A DNA stretch of 64,000 bases from Octopus vulgaris (taxonomy: Eukaryota), in assembly GCA_951406725.2 (NCBI GenBank), contig OX597814.1:171988001-172052000 (forward strand). Reading direction: 5' to 3'. Both the position numbers and the translations under genes were made by a program. Under the pieces are notes generated by a model that saw only the letters and a list, made by a program, of their open reading frames with translations, searched no databases and was not told the DNA's origin. Shown here one piece after another: positions 13,903 to 26,104 of this stretch; positions within the stretch are counted from its first letter, which is position 1; the number at the start of each line of letters is the position of its first letter.

Positions 13903-14157
13903 GGCGCAGGCGTGGCTGTGTGGTAAGTAGCTTGCTTACCAACCAAATTGTTCTGGGTTCGGTCCCACTGCGTGGCAACTTGGGCACATATATATATGTG
14001 TGTGTGTGTGTATTTGAGTGTCTGTTTGTCTCCCTCCATCACAGATAGAATAAGTATTAGGCTTACAAAAAATATGTCCTGGGATCGATTTCTTCGACTA
14101 AAGGTGGTATTCCAGCATGGCGGCAGCCAAATGAATGAAACAAGTAAAAGAGTAAAA
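13903..14157 (+). mobile_element. SINE family A copy, internally deleted
   Basis: GGCGCAGGCGTGGCTGTGTGGTAAGTAGCTTGCTTACC head; ...GAAACAAGTAAAAGAGTAAAA tail. Confidence 0.85.
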
Positions 14158-15275
14158 TTATATATATATATAATTTTAATACTATATATATGGACATGCA
14201 TATGCGAATGTATGTGAGTATGTATATGTATCTATATATGTGTGCGTGTATGTGTTTATACGTATGCATATATACGTATATATGTGCGCACGTGTTTGCG
14301 TATAAGCATGTATTTAAGGGTATGCGTGTGTGTGCATATATATATGCGTGTGTGTGTTTATGCATGTATGTGCATATTTGTATATGCATGTGTATGTTTG
14401 TATATGCATATACGTGTATATGTATATATATGTGTGTGTATGTGTATATATATATGTGTATGTGTACGGGTTTAAATGCACAGGTACTCAGGCCTATATA
14501 ATAATGCATGCACACACATATATATGTACATGTATGAGTGCGTATATTGATATACACTTCTTTCTTTCTCTGATTCGTCTACCCACACTATCACATTAGC
14601 CAGTAGAATAAACATATGTCTCTAGAAACTTGACCATTCTTAGTATTCTTTCTTTCCGTTTTGCGATTTACTACTCACTTTAGAATCCCCCTCCTATACC
14701 TTTTTCTGTACTCATCTCTTAATGCCATTCTAACACATCAACCCACCTCACACATATATCCATTACTTACATTCCTATCTCTTCTTACCTCTCCCATATT
14801 CCCTTCCTCTCTCTCCCCTCATAATATCTTAACCACCAACTAACACTCCTTTTTTCTTTTTCTCTTCCTCTTTCTTTACTTTTCTTACCTTTTCCTTTGA
14901 CTTCTCCATTTTAACACACACATCTCTTCTCCTTTCTCTATCCACTTAATACTACCACTACGTTCTCAAATTTTCATTCACACCGCAAGACCCCTTTGAA
15001 TGAACAGCACACGTCTCCACACTTACCATTTACAATGACAAAATATGAACTCCTATTGGAATTTACATACCACGGACAGGAAGCATTTCTTCCACTTCTA
15101 CACACCACACCTACCTTGGATAATAGAACTTCAACTATAACATCTTTATACGTTTTCATTTTTATTTCTATATTCATTCTCCTATATTTCCCTATATACT
15201 CTTATTTGCTTCCTTTTCCAAAATAACTCCTCATATTGAACTCTTATATTTCCCTCCATTTAACCATCTCACATC

Positions 15276-15323
15276 GTCTCTCATGAATGGATATCCCTAA
15301 TGTCCCAGAAACAGCTGTAAGAC
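15276..15323 (+). ncRNA. Degenerate minimal type I hammerhead ribozyme (Penelope pLTR-type)
   Basis: GTCT-CTCATGA-atGGATAT ccctA ATGTCC ca-GAAAC AGCT GTA-AGAC. Stem I GTCT/AGAC, stem II, GAAA, palindromic stem III ACAGCTGT and a GUA site are present. The core reads CUCAUGA instead of CUGAUGA. Confidence 0.6.
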
Positions 15324-15390
15324 TAACTTGGTCCTTATAAATGTCCTGAAAACTTCACACAGCCTTGGCTTTGTTGTCTCATTTTATCTA

Positions 15391-15425
<35 letters not shown>

Positions 15426-15573
15426 GATACACACACAGAGATATATATATGCATATGTGTGTGTAGATATAGATATAAATGACGTAATACATATGTATTC
15501 ACATTTATATGCACATACAGACATGTATGTGTATAAATTTATTCATATATATATTTATGTGTGTGTGTGTAAG

Positions 15574-15640
<67 letters not shown>

Positions 15641-16165
15641 TTGCACACATACAAGTACCAATTCGCGCACATACAGACATACATCAGTGCAAGCACTCAC
15701 ACACTCACATGTCTACGCGTACATATAAAACGTAGATGCGCTGGGAGTGAGGAAAGTGCAGCGAACACTGTCCATTGTAGTAACAAAGAAAATTTGTCAA
15801 ACACACATGTAGATTTTCCACTATTTCACGAATGTCAGTCATTATTCTTTAGCTATCGATTATATAGTTTTTCATCTCAATCTCTACAACATTCTTCATT
15901 ACTATTCAACAAGTAAAGCCTATATCTGATCGTCCAGCTTGCTAGAAACAGCAACCAAATCACCTTAAAACTATAACTGTAGAAACAAAACTTATTTCCG
16001 GTTGTCGTCCGGTTAAAATTACCCCGACCAAGACCATAATTCAGATACAATCCAGCCCTTTCTTTATAGTAGGAAATACCAACATAGGGCATATACCCCA
16101 CTAGTGGAGCCTGAGAAAATTGTGGTGGAGCGTGGGGCTCAATTCTTTTTGTTTTTTAGTCTTAT

Positions 16166-16560
16166 AGAAGTGGCTGTGTGGTAAGTAGCTTCCTTACCAA
16201 CCACATGGTTCCAGGTTCAGTCACACTGCATGGCACTTTGGGCAAGTGCCTTCTACTATAGCCTCGGGCCGACCAAAGCCTTGTAAGTCAATTTGGTAGA
16301 CGGAAACTGAAAGAAGCCTGTCGTATATATGTATATATATATGTGTATGTGGGTGTATGTTTGTATGTCTGTGTTTTCCCCCAACATCACTTGATAACCG
16401 ATGCTTGTGTTTTTACATACACGTAACTTAGCAGTTCGGCCAAAGAACCAATAGAATAAGTACTAGGCTTACAAAGAATTAGTCCTGGGGTCGATTTGCT
16501 CGGCTAAAAGGCGCTGCTCCAGCATGGTCGCAGTCAAATGACTGAAATAAGTAAAAGAAG
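16166..16560 (+). mobile_element. SINE family A copy
   Basis: Full head, internal (TA)/(TG) tract and 3' CAGTCAAATGACTGAAA hairpin tail. Confidence 0.9.
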
Positions 16561-16599
<39 letters not shown>

Positions 16600-17288
16600 C
16601 AAAAAAGTAGGTTTTACTGTATTCTGTATTCTAAAGAGAAGCATTTTAACCGGCCTCCTATGAAATTTCATCCCGACAATCTGTGCTTTATTAACTGAAA
16701 ACAATAGCGCCTGGCTAGATTTATGGTAGATGGTCACTTTATCTAAGGCATATTATAGATAAATGGACTAAGGTTTAAGGACGTGGGTGGTGATCATAGC
16801 GTTGGAGGTAACAAAAGTGATTGTGTGTTTGTGTGTAAATGTTTGTGGGATGGGACGTGGGGAATAGAAGGCAAGGTTAGAAAAGAAATGAAGAAAGATA
16901 TATAACGAATGAATAAAGAATGTGACAGAATGGAAGGTAAAGGATAGGGAGAGAAATAGAGTAAATGAACGGAGAGAAATGAAGGACAAAGGGAAAATAA
17001 AGAAATGGAACAGAGGTATTTTGAGGAAGAGAAAGTGAGAAAGGATTGATGGAGATGTAGAAGAAAGAGAAATAGAGAGGATAAGCTATGTAGATTAAAG
17101 AGAAAAAGAAAACGGAGAGAAGAAAAGAACAATGGTGGTTAAAAGAAAGAAAAGGAAGGGAAAAAAGGGAAAGCAGAATGAAAAGAAGGAACTGAAATGG
17201 GAAGGTTCAAAAGGGAAAGAGAGGAAAATACGTAAAATCCTTTCTACTAAAGGCACAAGGCCTGAAATTTGTGGCAGGGGGTAAGTAG

Positions 17289-17399
<111 letters not shown>

Positions 17400-17490
17400 G
17401 TAAAATGAAATAAGGGTAGAAATTGATGTTAATCAATTAAAACCAGAGGCTTAGCATATTTAAAAATCTGAAGATTAAAAATTGTGTTAC

Positions 17491-17749
17491 ATACAAAATT
17501 AAGAGGAATGACCACTAAAGTGGACACCTAATATGCTAAACATAGACGTAAAATCTATGAAAATACAGGATGGTTTAGTTGGTAATCGTTTTTATTTTGT
17601 ATATTTTCATTTGTTTTGCTCATTTTTACATTTTGGCGTTTTTGCTGAGATTTTTTTCTTGAGAACACATTCTTCATGGTATTAGCGATTTGTCGTCTAT
17701 GTTTAGCATATAGGGTGTCCACTTTAGTGGTCATTCCTCCTCTTAATTT

Positions 17750-17754
<5 letters not shown>
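17491..17754. repeat. Inverted-repeat element (~58-bp arms, ~145-bp spacer)
   Basis: ATACAAAATTAAGAGGAATGACCACTAAAGTGGACACC..ATGCTAAACATAGACG (17491-17548) is inverted at 17694-17754. Confidence 0.85.
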
Positions 17755-17786
<32 letters not shown>

Positions 17787-17941
17787 AAAATGGAGACAAG
17801 CGCAAACTTTTCTATGTGATTGGCTTCAATAATTATTGAGAATTTTCTTTACATGAAATCAACGGTAGCTTTAATACACAAATAAAGAATCCTCATTCAC
17901 CAGCTCAGTGCTGAGCACACATTCTCATTGTTCGATATTTA

Positions 17942-17978
<37 letters not shown>

Positions 17979-18749
17979 GCACGCACACACACACACACAT
18001 ACACATGTATACACCATATTCCTCCACACACGTTCGGTCTACTAATTTCACTAAAAATGATTTAGTCGACTCGAGTCTATAGTAGGAGATACTTGCCTAA
18101 GGTGCCACGCATTTTGTTTTGAAGGTAATACACCATACGTTTTTATTTTTATCCAATGTACCTTTGCATTTAGAAAAAGGGAATAATTCCTTGAGAACAG
18201 AGGATCTTACGCTGAGCAGTAAAAATCCCTGGCAGGTTGTGAGCTTATACGAATGTGACAAATGTTAAACAGGTACTATGGCGTTCACTGGGTTCCTAAA
18301 GATTTTGTGATTTATGTTAGGCAGCAATAAATATTTAATCTGGGTATAATATTTAGAATTTAAATTAATTCTCAAAAATATCTTTATTGAGAATTAATTA
18401 TAAATAGGAAAATGCGCTTCCAGTAAATAAAGATAATTGATGACGCTTCAAGAACTGATACAATTTATTCGTATAAGTTTTCACTTGCTTTATTTATAAA
18501 AAAAATTAACATAGCGGGTTCTATTCCACGCAGGTATCTAAAATGTTGCAGATTTTTATTGGGGCTATATACGAAAATATCTTTATCTAGTTTTGAAAGG
18601 CCAGCAATTTTGAAGGAATTTTGAGGGAAGGGTGAAGTCAATTTTATCGATCCCATTATTCAACTGGTTCTCACTTTATCGATCTCGAAGAAAGTCGACC
18701 ACGGTGGCATGGAAACAACTGTATGCACAAAAAATTAACTTCTTTTCGA

Positions 18750-19023
18750 CTCTTTAACTCTTTTACTTATTTCAGTCATTTGACTGCTGCCATGCTGGAG
18801 CACCGCCTTTAGTCGAGCAAATCGACTCCAGGACTTATTCTTTGTAAGCCTGGTACTTATTTTATCGGTCTCTTTTCCCGAACCGCTAAGTTACGAGGAC
18901 GTAAACACACCAGCATCGGTTGTCAAGCGATGTTGGGAGCACAAATACAGACACACAAACAAGACGCACACACGCACACATACACACAAACACACAAACA
19001 CACATACACACACACACACACAA

Positions 19024-19075
<52 letters not shown>

Positions 19076-19236
19076 GACGGGCTTCTTTCAGTTTCCGTCT
19101 ACCAAATCCGCTCACAAGGCTTTGGTCGGCCCGAGGCTATAGTAGAAGACACTTGCCCAAGGTGCCACGCAGTGGGACTGAACCCGGAACAATTTGGTTG
19201 GTAAGCAAGCTACATACCACACAGCCACTCCTACGT
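18750..19236 (-). mobile_element. SINE family A, full-length
   Basis: Complete reverse-complement copy with an expanded internal microsatellite. Confidence 0.9.
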
Positions 19237-21099
19237 CTGAAATAATTTATTTCATTTCTTTCTTTTTCCTTTTTTCTTTCTTCTTTCTTGCAAACTAAGG
19301 ATAAGTAACGTTGTTTGTAAAATACCATTCAATGAAGGAAGGTGCTGAACAACGAATTCTTAAATTACTGATTTTGGGGGATCTCAGCAGCTCATTAAGT
19401 AACACGGCGAAAACTTGGAATGAAGATGAACAAAATAGGAAAATTGACGAGTAAAGAGCGCAGTGAATGGAAATGCACATGTGTCGTATTATTAACTTGA
19501 TCGGACTTTTAGTGCCAAGAATACCAAAGCTTTGTTGCCAAGACCTCTGAATATGCTGCCAAGTAAGGTCACGAGTATATCTGTTTCCTAATGATTGAAC
19601 TTGCAATTAGAAATTCTTAGAACTGGTCGCTAATTGCGGCTTATTTCCTGGCTCTTGTATCGTTATATTCGACGTCCAATCAATGATTAAGATAAAGGTC
19701 ACTGCTGGGTGAGGTAGTGATAGAGTTAGGTTTCGTGTGTTTACTGATACTGTAGGAGATGGTGGTGGGGCTTGACTTTGATGCTTGGTGGTGGTGGTGG
19801 TGGTTTTGAAGGAATTAACATGCAGGCTAGTGTTGCTACTGCTGTTGCTGCTGCTGCTGATTTTTTTTTTTTTCATTTTATGAATCCTTTTAAGAACAAT
19901 AGCGTCCTTGGTTACAGGTATCTAACTGGCCAATTATTGGTTCTATGCATTTACGAACGCGAGAGCGACGATGTGTATTCTGTTCAACAAAGTACGGAAC
20001 AAATTTTGCAAGAAATTTTTAGGTCGAATGCCCCTGTTTATCGGTGTATTTGACGAAGCCTTACATCTTTCATTGACATACATCATTAAATACTACATAC
20101 ACAAACTTACATAAAGTCATACACGTATGTATCCAACGTAATCCGAATTCTAAAAGACGTGTATACATACACATGCTCGTGCGCACACGCACACACACAT
20201 CTATACAGAGGGGGGAGGGAAGGGAGTGGAAGAGAAGGGGAAGAAAAGAGAGACCGATAGACAGATAGACAGACAAACTGACACACAATTCGTGTTCTTT
20301 GCACTGCTGATTCAGACCCGTATTTCTTCCATACTACCACAAGCAAATTTGTGAAGGAACTATTATTCTTGATAAACTTGATTAAAACTTGGAAGATACT
20401 CATATTCTTATATCTGCAATATTTAGAGAGCACATTAAAAATATAGTTTAATCAAGTTTATTTATAAAATTCGAACAGTTGAATACAATGAGAATATTTT
20501 CAAAGAGATTTGTTAGATTTGTTTTGTAAGGTCTGCATTGTATCAAATTTCCCTTCAAATTTGACCAGGTGAACGAGCTGTCATTTACGTATTTGCTTCA
20601 TAGAGTGATTTCCGTCTCAATCACTGATTTTTTAGATTAATTTTTTTTTTAACTAAGCAGTTTCAAATTTCGAATACTGGTAGAATTTCTCACGTAGAAC
20701 ACGGTTTACTCTGAACGTTTTTGAAAAATTTCCTATTTTAGAAGTTATTTCGTGTTAAAGTTGTCGTATTTGGGTAATTTCAACCAATCAACAATGTGTA
20801 TTCGGTTGAAGAAAGCTACTGCTGTTTGCGATAGTAATCGAACAGAAACAACTTCCAGGTCATCTCTACTAAATGTCACCGCTCTGTTCTATTCGTCACC
20901 TTTATCCTTCCTTCCTTTCTAGTCAGCACCGTGCATCCCTTACTCTTTCCGTCCCTTATACAATATCAACTAGCAACCAGCGAGCAAACATGTTCCTGCC
21001 TCTACAATTACTATATTTTCCGGTGTATAAGTCGCTACTTGTTTGTTTTATCTTCATGTTTCGATAATGTTATTTTTAATCTAATAAAGAATTTAATAG

Positions 21100-21519
21100 C
21101 TATTTCTTTATTGCCCGCAGGGGGCTAAACATAGAGGGGGCAAACAAGGACAGACAAAGAGATTAAGTCGATTACATCGACCCCGGTGCGTAACTGGTAC
21201 TTATTTAATCGACCCTCAAAAGGATGACTGGCAAAGTCGACCTCGGCGGAATTAGAACTCAGAACGTAACGGCAGACGAAATACCTATTTCCTTTACTAC
21301 CCACAAGGGGCTAATCACAAAGGGTACAAACAAGGACAGACAAACGGATTAAGTCGATTATATCGACTTCAGTGCGTAACTGGTATTTATTTAATCGACC
21401 CCGAAAGGATGACTGGCAAAGTCGACCTCGGCGGAATTTGAACTCAGAACGTAACGACAGACGAAATACTGCTAAGCATTTCGCCCGGCGTGCTAACGTT
21501 TCTGCCTGCTCGCCGCCTT
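21100..21519 (-). mobile_element. SINE family B head-to-tail dimer
   Basis: One head plus two ~185-bp body units, with an imperfect TAATAAAGA.TTT.ATA flanking duplication. Confidence 0.85.
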
Positions 21520-21949
21520 AATAAAGACTTTTATATTGACGAAATGTTTGTTGTTGATTATAGTAAGATAAAATCATGACAATAACAATACATCTCATAG
21601 TTGTAAAATAATGCATTTTGAAACTACATATACGTCAACAACAACAAAACTAGCTGCGGACTCGTTGCTGTTTGGTGTCGTTTCTTATATATATATACAT
21701 AGAAAAGTTTATATGCCAACAGAATATAGCAGTCCTATAAAGTATGACGCTACTGTTGTTTTAGCACCAGGAACCGCTAGCTAACGGGGACATAAACATA
21801 CAACACTGTTATCAAGTGGTGAAGGAGGGAGGGACAAACACAGACACAATGACGCATACACACACACATATACACACACATATATATATATATGACGGGC
21901 TTCTTTCAGTTTCAGTCTACCAAATCCACTCACAAGGCTTTGATCCCTT

Positions 21950-22588
21950 GCTGGCAGTTCTCCAGCACCGAGGACAGGAAATTATCCAGAAACTATTGAT
22001 CTGTCGGTACTACTAGTGGCCAGGAGTGAGTAGTACACTCCCTTGCTCACAGTATATTTCAGACACAGATTGTGTGTCAATAACCAGCTGGACAAGATGT
22101 TTTCCTGGTGCTAAAAGGTAGTAACATAGTCCTACGTAGGACTGCCACCTTACGTTGGCAAATAAATTTTAGTATACAATATAGTTACTACTTAGATCTC
22201 ATTCAGAGACTTAAAACTAGCTGTTCTACTCATTATGAGGTTAGTGACTGTCTGTCACTTCTATATCTATATACAGTGAATAGGATCATGTAAGCTGGTA
22301 TCTCTAGCCGGCGGTTTTTAGCACCGAGGACGGGAAATTACTTAGAAACCATTGGTCTGTTGGTACTGCTAGTGGTCAGGAGTCGAGTAGTACGCTCCCT
22401 TGCTCACAGTATATTTCGGACACAGATCGTGTATCGATAGCCAGCTGGAAAATGTTTTTCTGGGGCTAAAAGGTAGTAACAGGGTCCTACACGGGACTGC
22501 CACCTCATGTTGGTAAATAGATTTTACTATGCAGTATAGTTACTACGTAGATCTCATTCAGAGTTTTAAAACTAGCTGTTTTACTCAT

Positions 22589-22591
<3 letters not shown>
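21950..22591. repeat. 356-bp tandem repeat (~1.8 copies) abutting a truncated SINE A (21770-21945)
   Basis: AGCACCGAGGAC occurs at 21964 and 22320. The two units align throughout with scattered, mostly transition, differences. Confidence 0.9.
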
Positions 22592-22649
<58 letters not shown>

Positions 22650-22961
22650 GATGAGCTTGTACACAGTTTCCGTCTATGCCTAGCAAATGATCTCGTAAGG
22701 AATTAGTCGGCCAACGGCTATAATAGCAGACACTTACTTGCCTGTCTGCTGCGCACTAGGACTGAGCTTGAAACTAGAATTAATCCTTAGCAGGAGGGCG
22801 TATTATCTATGAGAAATAAAACATAGATAAATTCAACGAAGTATGTTTAAAGTCATTAAAATCGAAATATAATTTACAAAAGAGCTCAACGAATATAAAT
22901 TAAAAAAATATAGTTTGGCTACGACAAAAGCCACTGGGAAGGAAAACCGCTGTGTGTGTGC

Positions 22962-22996
<35 letters not shown>

Positions 22997-23737
22997 TGTA
23001 TGTATGTATGTATGTATGTATGTATTTATGTATGTATGTATGTATGTAAGCATGTATGTATGTATGTAAGTATGTATGTATGTATGAATGTATGTAGGCA
23101 CAATGTACATAGTATGCATTTATATATATCTGTATGTACGTATACATGTATGTATACTTTGAATGAACATGCAACATGCGGAAGATCTGGAAAAGCAGTA
23201 GTCCAGTAATAAATAATACAAAAATGTTGATGGGTATGTGTAGGCAAAGAGAAACTTGAACACAACAGCCTTAATTAAATCTCTATGAGATCAGAGATAT
23301 GCAAGCAATGTCACTATTTCGATTAATATCTACTGAAACGCTAGAAGATTAACCATCAGATAACTGAATGGATCAATACGTACTGTATGTGTAAATATAA
23401 ATATAGTGGTATGGTGTATGCATGCCTGCATATTTTCAAAGTTTTTGTTAAATATCTGCAATCTCTGAATTAGCCTTGATTTTTCGGGTTTTCTGAGGTT
23501 CGCTTCATGAAGTTTGGTGCTCAGGCAGTTACTTATCAAACCTTGTACTTCATTAATGACAGCCATAAATTTAAAATTATACCTAGGATGTAATAATTGC
23601 ATATTTCCCATTGCATCAATACAGATGTTTTCGTTTTCCCTATGTATCAACGTTCTTTTAGCATCTCCTGGACAATTAATTTCTACTGCTGAGCACATAT
23701 TCTATCCCTGCACCATATTTTTGTCTGCTATGCTTTG

Positions 23738-23849
23738 ACTTTATTTTACAGCATTTTGGGCAGAACATTTTCATAAAAGGGTAAATGATACTCACTTTAT
23801 TTTACAGCATTTTGGGCAGAACATTTTCATAAAAGGATAAAAGATACTC
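23738..23849. repeat. 56-bp direct tandem duplication
   Basis: ACTTTATTTTACAGCATTTTGGGCAGAACATTTTCATAAAAGG...GATACTC at 23738 and 23794. Confidence 0.9.
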
Positions 23850-24624
23850 TCTACACTACTTCAGACTTCTTACCATTTTACTTTCCACTTTCTACGAATA
23901 ACATTATCTAGTGATTTCGCCAGCAGCTCATTCCTTCTAAGTAAACAACAACGTGTTGACGTTTTTAGACTATTGCTTACAATGAGAGTCCCATCATCAC
24001 TGTATAATCCACCAAAGTTGCATCGGTGGTCATATCTAAGGGTGATAACTTATGCATCTTCCATGGATTTAACACTTTTACCTGTTCCGAGCAGCAGGTA
24101 TTTTGCTGATATTCACATTTCTGGATTACAGATGCATACCTTTATAAAGTGAGCTAATATACACCATGTTGGAATATAATAGACTACTCTGTCTACAAGG
24201 TTACTGTCACTCTGAAGTTTTCTGACCACATACATAGTTGTGAGTAATCGTCTGTCGATCAGTAATACATCTATCATCTGGTGTTCAAGTGCAGCAAGAT
24301 GTATGTTTGTATGTATGTATGCTTGAATGTAGGTAGACATGCAGGACATGCATGTAGGCATGTATGTATAGACATAGATATGTAGGCCTATATTTTTATG
24401 TATTCATCCATGTGTATAATTAAATTTCTTCGTTCCTTCGCGTATATGTAGATATATATGCATGCATGCATGCATACATGCATATATGTATGTGTGTATG
24501 TATGCATACACATATATGTATGTGTGTATGTATGCGTGCACATATGCATGTTTGCAAGTATATAATCCATTTACGTATATATGCAAGCGTTCGTCAGTAA
24601 ATGTATATGCATATATCTATGCAT

Positions 24625-24663
<39 letters not shown>

Positions 24664-24690
24664 GCATACATGATACATACATATATGTGC

Positions 24691-24792
<102 letters not shown>

Positions 24793-24808
24793 CTATATAT
24801 ATATATAG

Positions 24809-24849
<41 letters not shown>

Positions 24850-25087
24850 TACACGTGTGTGTTGTTAATTAACTTTATCTCTCTTAAAAAGGAAAATGAA
24901 ATAGGGGAACACTACAACCGGAAGGTGAAAAAAAAAGACAACCACAACAAAACAAAACTAACAAAAACGAAAGACAGAATGAATGATACCACAAAACTGT
25001 CAATACAGGAAAGAAATCAATCTTCTTTTGAATCAGGAAATGAACCTATGGTGTTGGACGTCGCCATGTTAGACTATAAATAGTCAT

Positions 25088-26104
25088 ATGCTATTGGTCA
25101 AATGTCATACCCGGCCACGCAGTGGATTAAGTCTAGAGTATCCATTGACAACAGCACCTGATGAACCAAGTCAAGTCTCACCTTCGCTACAGCAACAAAA
25201 ACAACAACAACAACACTCTAATACTACCACTAGTCAAGTTCCAATGCTGCTACAACTCCCCACTACTGCCACAATAGGAAAACCACTACTACATCCGCGT
25301 AAAACCATCTGCCACTACTACTCTCAAGGCAGCTGCAGATTTGACCACATACTGGCAAGCCAGAACCCACCATCACAAAATCAACAAGCTGCTTCTAACA
25401 CCACCACCACCACCACCACTACTACTACTGCCAAAATAGAAAAACCACTACTACAACCAAATAAAACCCCCTGCCGTTACTATTCTAAAGGCACTTGTAG
25501 ATTTGGCCCCAGCGGCACAAACAAAAATGGACGCTGTGCTTTTCCCCACCCGACCTTATGTCGTAGACTTGCTATGGGCACCTGTCCATACGGTATAACA
25601 GGAAAAAATTGCCCCCACCTCCACCCCAAATACTGTCCTAAATACAGAATCTATGGTTCTGACCCTAAATACGGATGCATAAGAGGCAATAGATGCACCT
25701 TATTCCATCCTAAACTGTGCCAAACTTCTGTCTCACAAAGGATGTGCCTGAACCCAGAATGCAACAACCACCATCTGAAGGGCACAAAACGATCACAGAA
25801 TAGATATGAACAGGAACAGAGGAAATCTAGGACAACAACAAGAACAAAATACAACCACGTTTCCCCTCCTACAATCAAACTACGTAGACAGAACCAGGAA
25901 AAAACACCAAATAACGCCAACTTGAAATATGTATCCTCTGACCAAGTGGCAAACCAAACAAGTAACTCTTTTTTACTGACATACCTGGAAAATATGAAGG
26001 CCGACCTAAGCCAGGAGATCCAGCGAGCCATCACCAACCATCTATGCAAATCACAAGGACCACTCACCCATTACCAACTTCCCTTACCTCGACATTCCTG
26101 TTAA
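25088..26104 (+). CDS. LINE ORF1 protein with tandem CCCH zinc fingers (putative RNA-binding), 338 aa
   Basis: Four CCCH motifs (C-x7-C-x12-C-x3-H, C-x7-C-x8-C-x3-H, C-x13-C-x5-C-x3-H, C-x8-C-x4-C-x3-H) at 25472-25774, joined by HPxxC linkers. Q/T-rich N-terminus and a C-terminal amphipathic helix. The start codon is uncertain. Confidence 0.85.
   Translation: MLLVKCHTRPRSGLSLEYPLTTAPDEPSQVSPSLQQQKQQQQHSNTTTSQVPMLLQLPTTATIGKPLLHPRKTICHYYSQGSCRFDHILASQNPPSQNQQAASNTTTTTTTTTTAKIEKPLLQPNKTPCRYYSKGTCRFGPSGTNKNGRCAFPHPTLCRRLAMGTCPYGITGKNCPHLHPKYCPKYRIYGSDPKYGCIRGNRCTLFHPKLCQTSVSQRMCLNPECNNHHLKGTKRSQNRYEQEQRKSRTTTRTKYNHVSPPTIKLRRQNQEKTPNNANLKYVSSDQVANQTSNSFLLTYLENMKADLSQEIQRAITNHLCKSQGPLTHYQLPLPRHSC

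Noticed and set aside
18891-19328. Recurring peptides such as DGLLSVSVYQIHSQGFGRPEAIVEDTCPRCHAVGLNPEP and RKDERQSRPRRNLNSERN
   Set aside because: They are incidental translations of SINE families A and B. The recurrence reflects the repeat, not a gene family.
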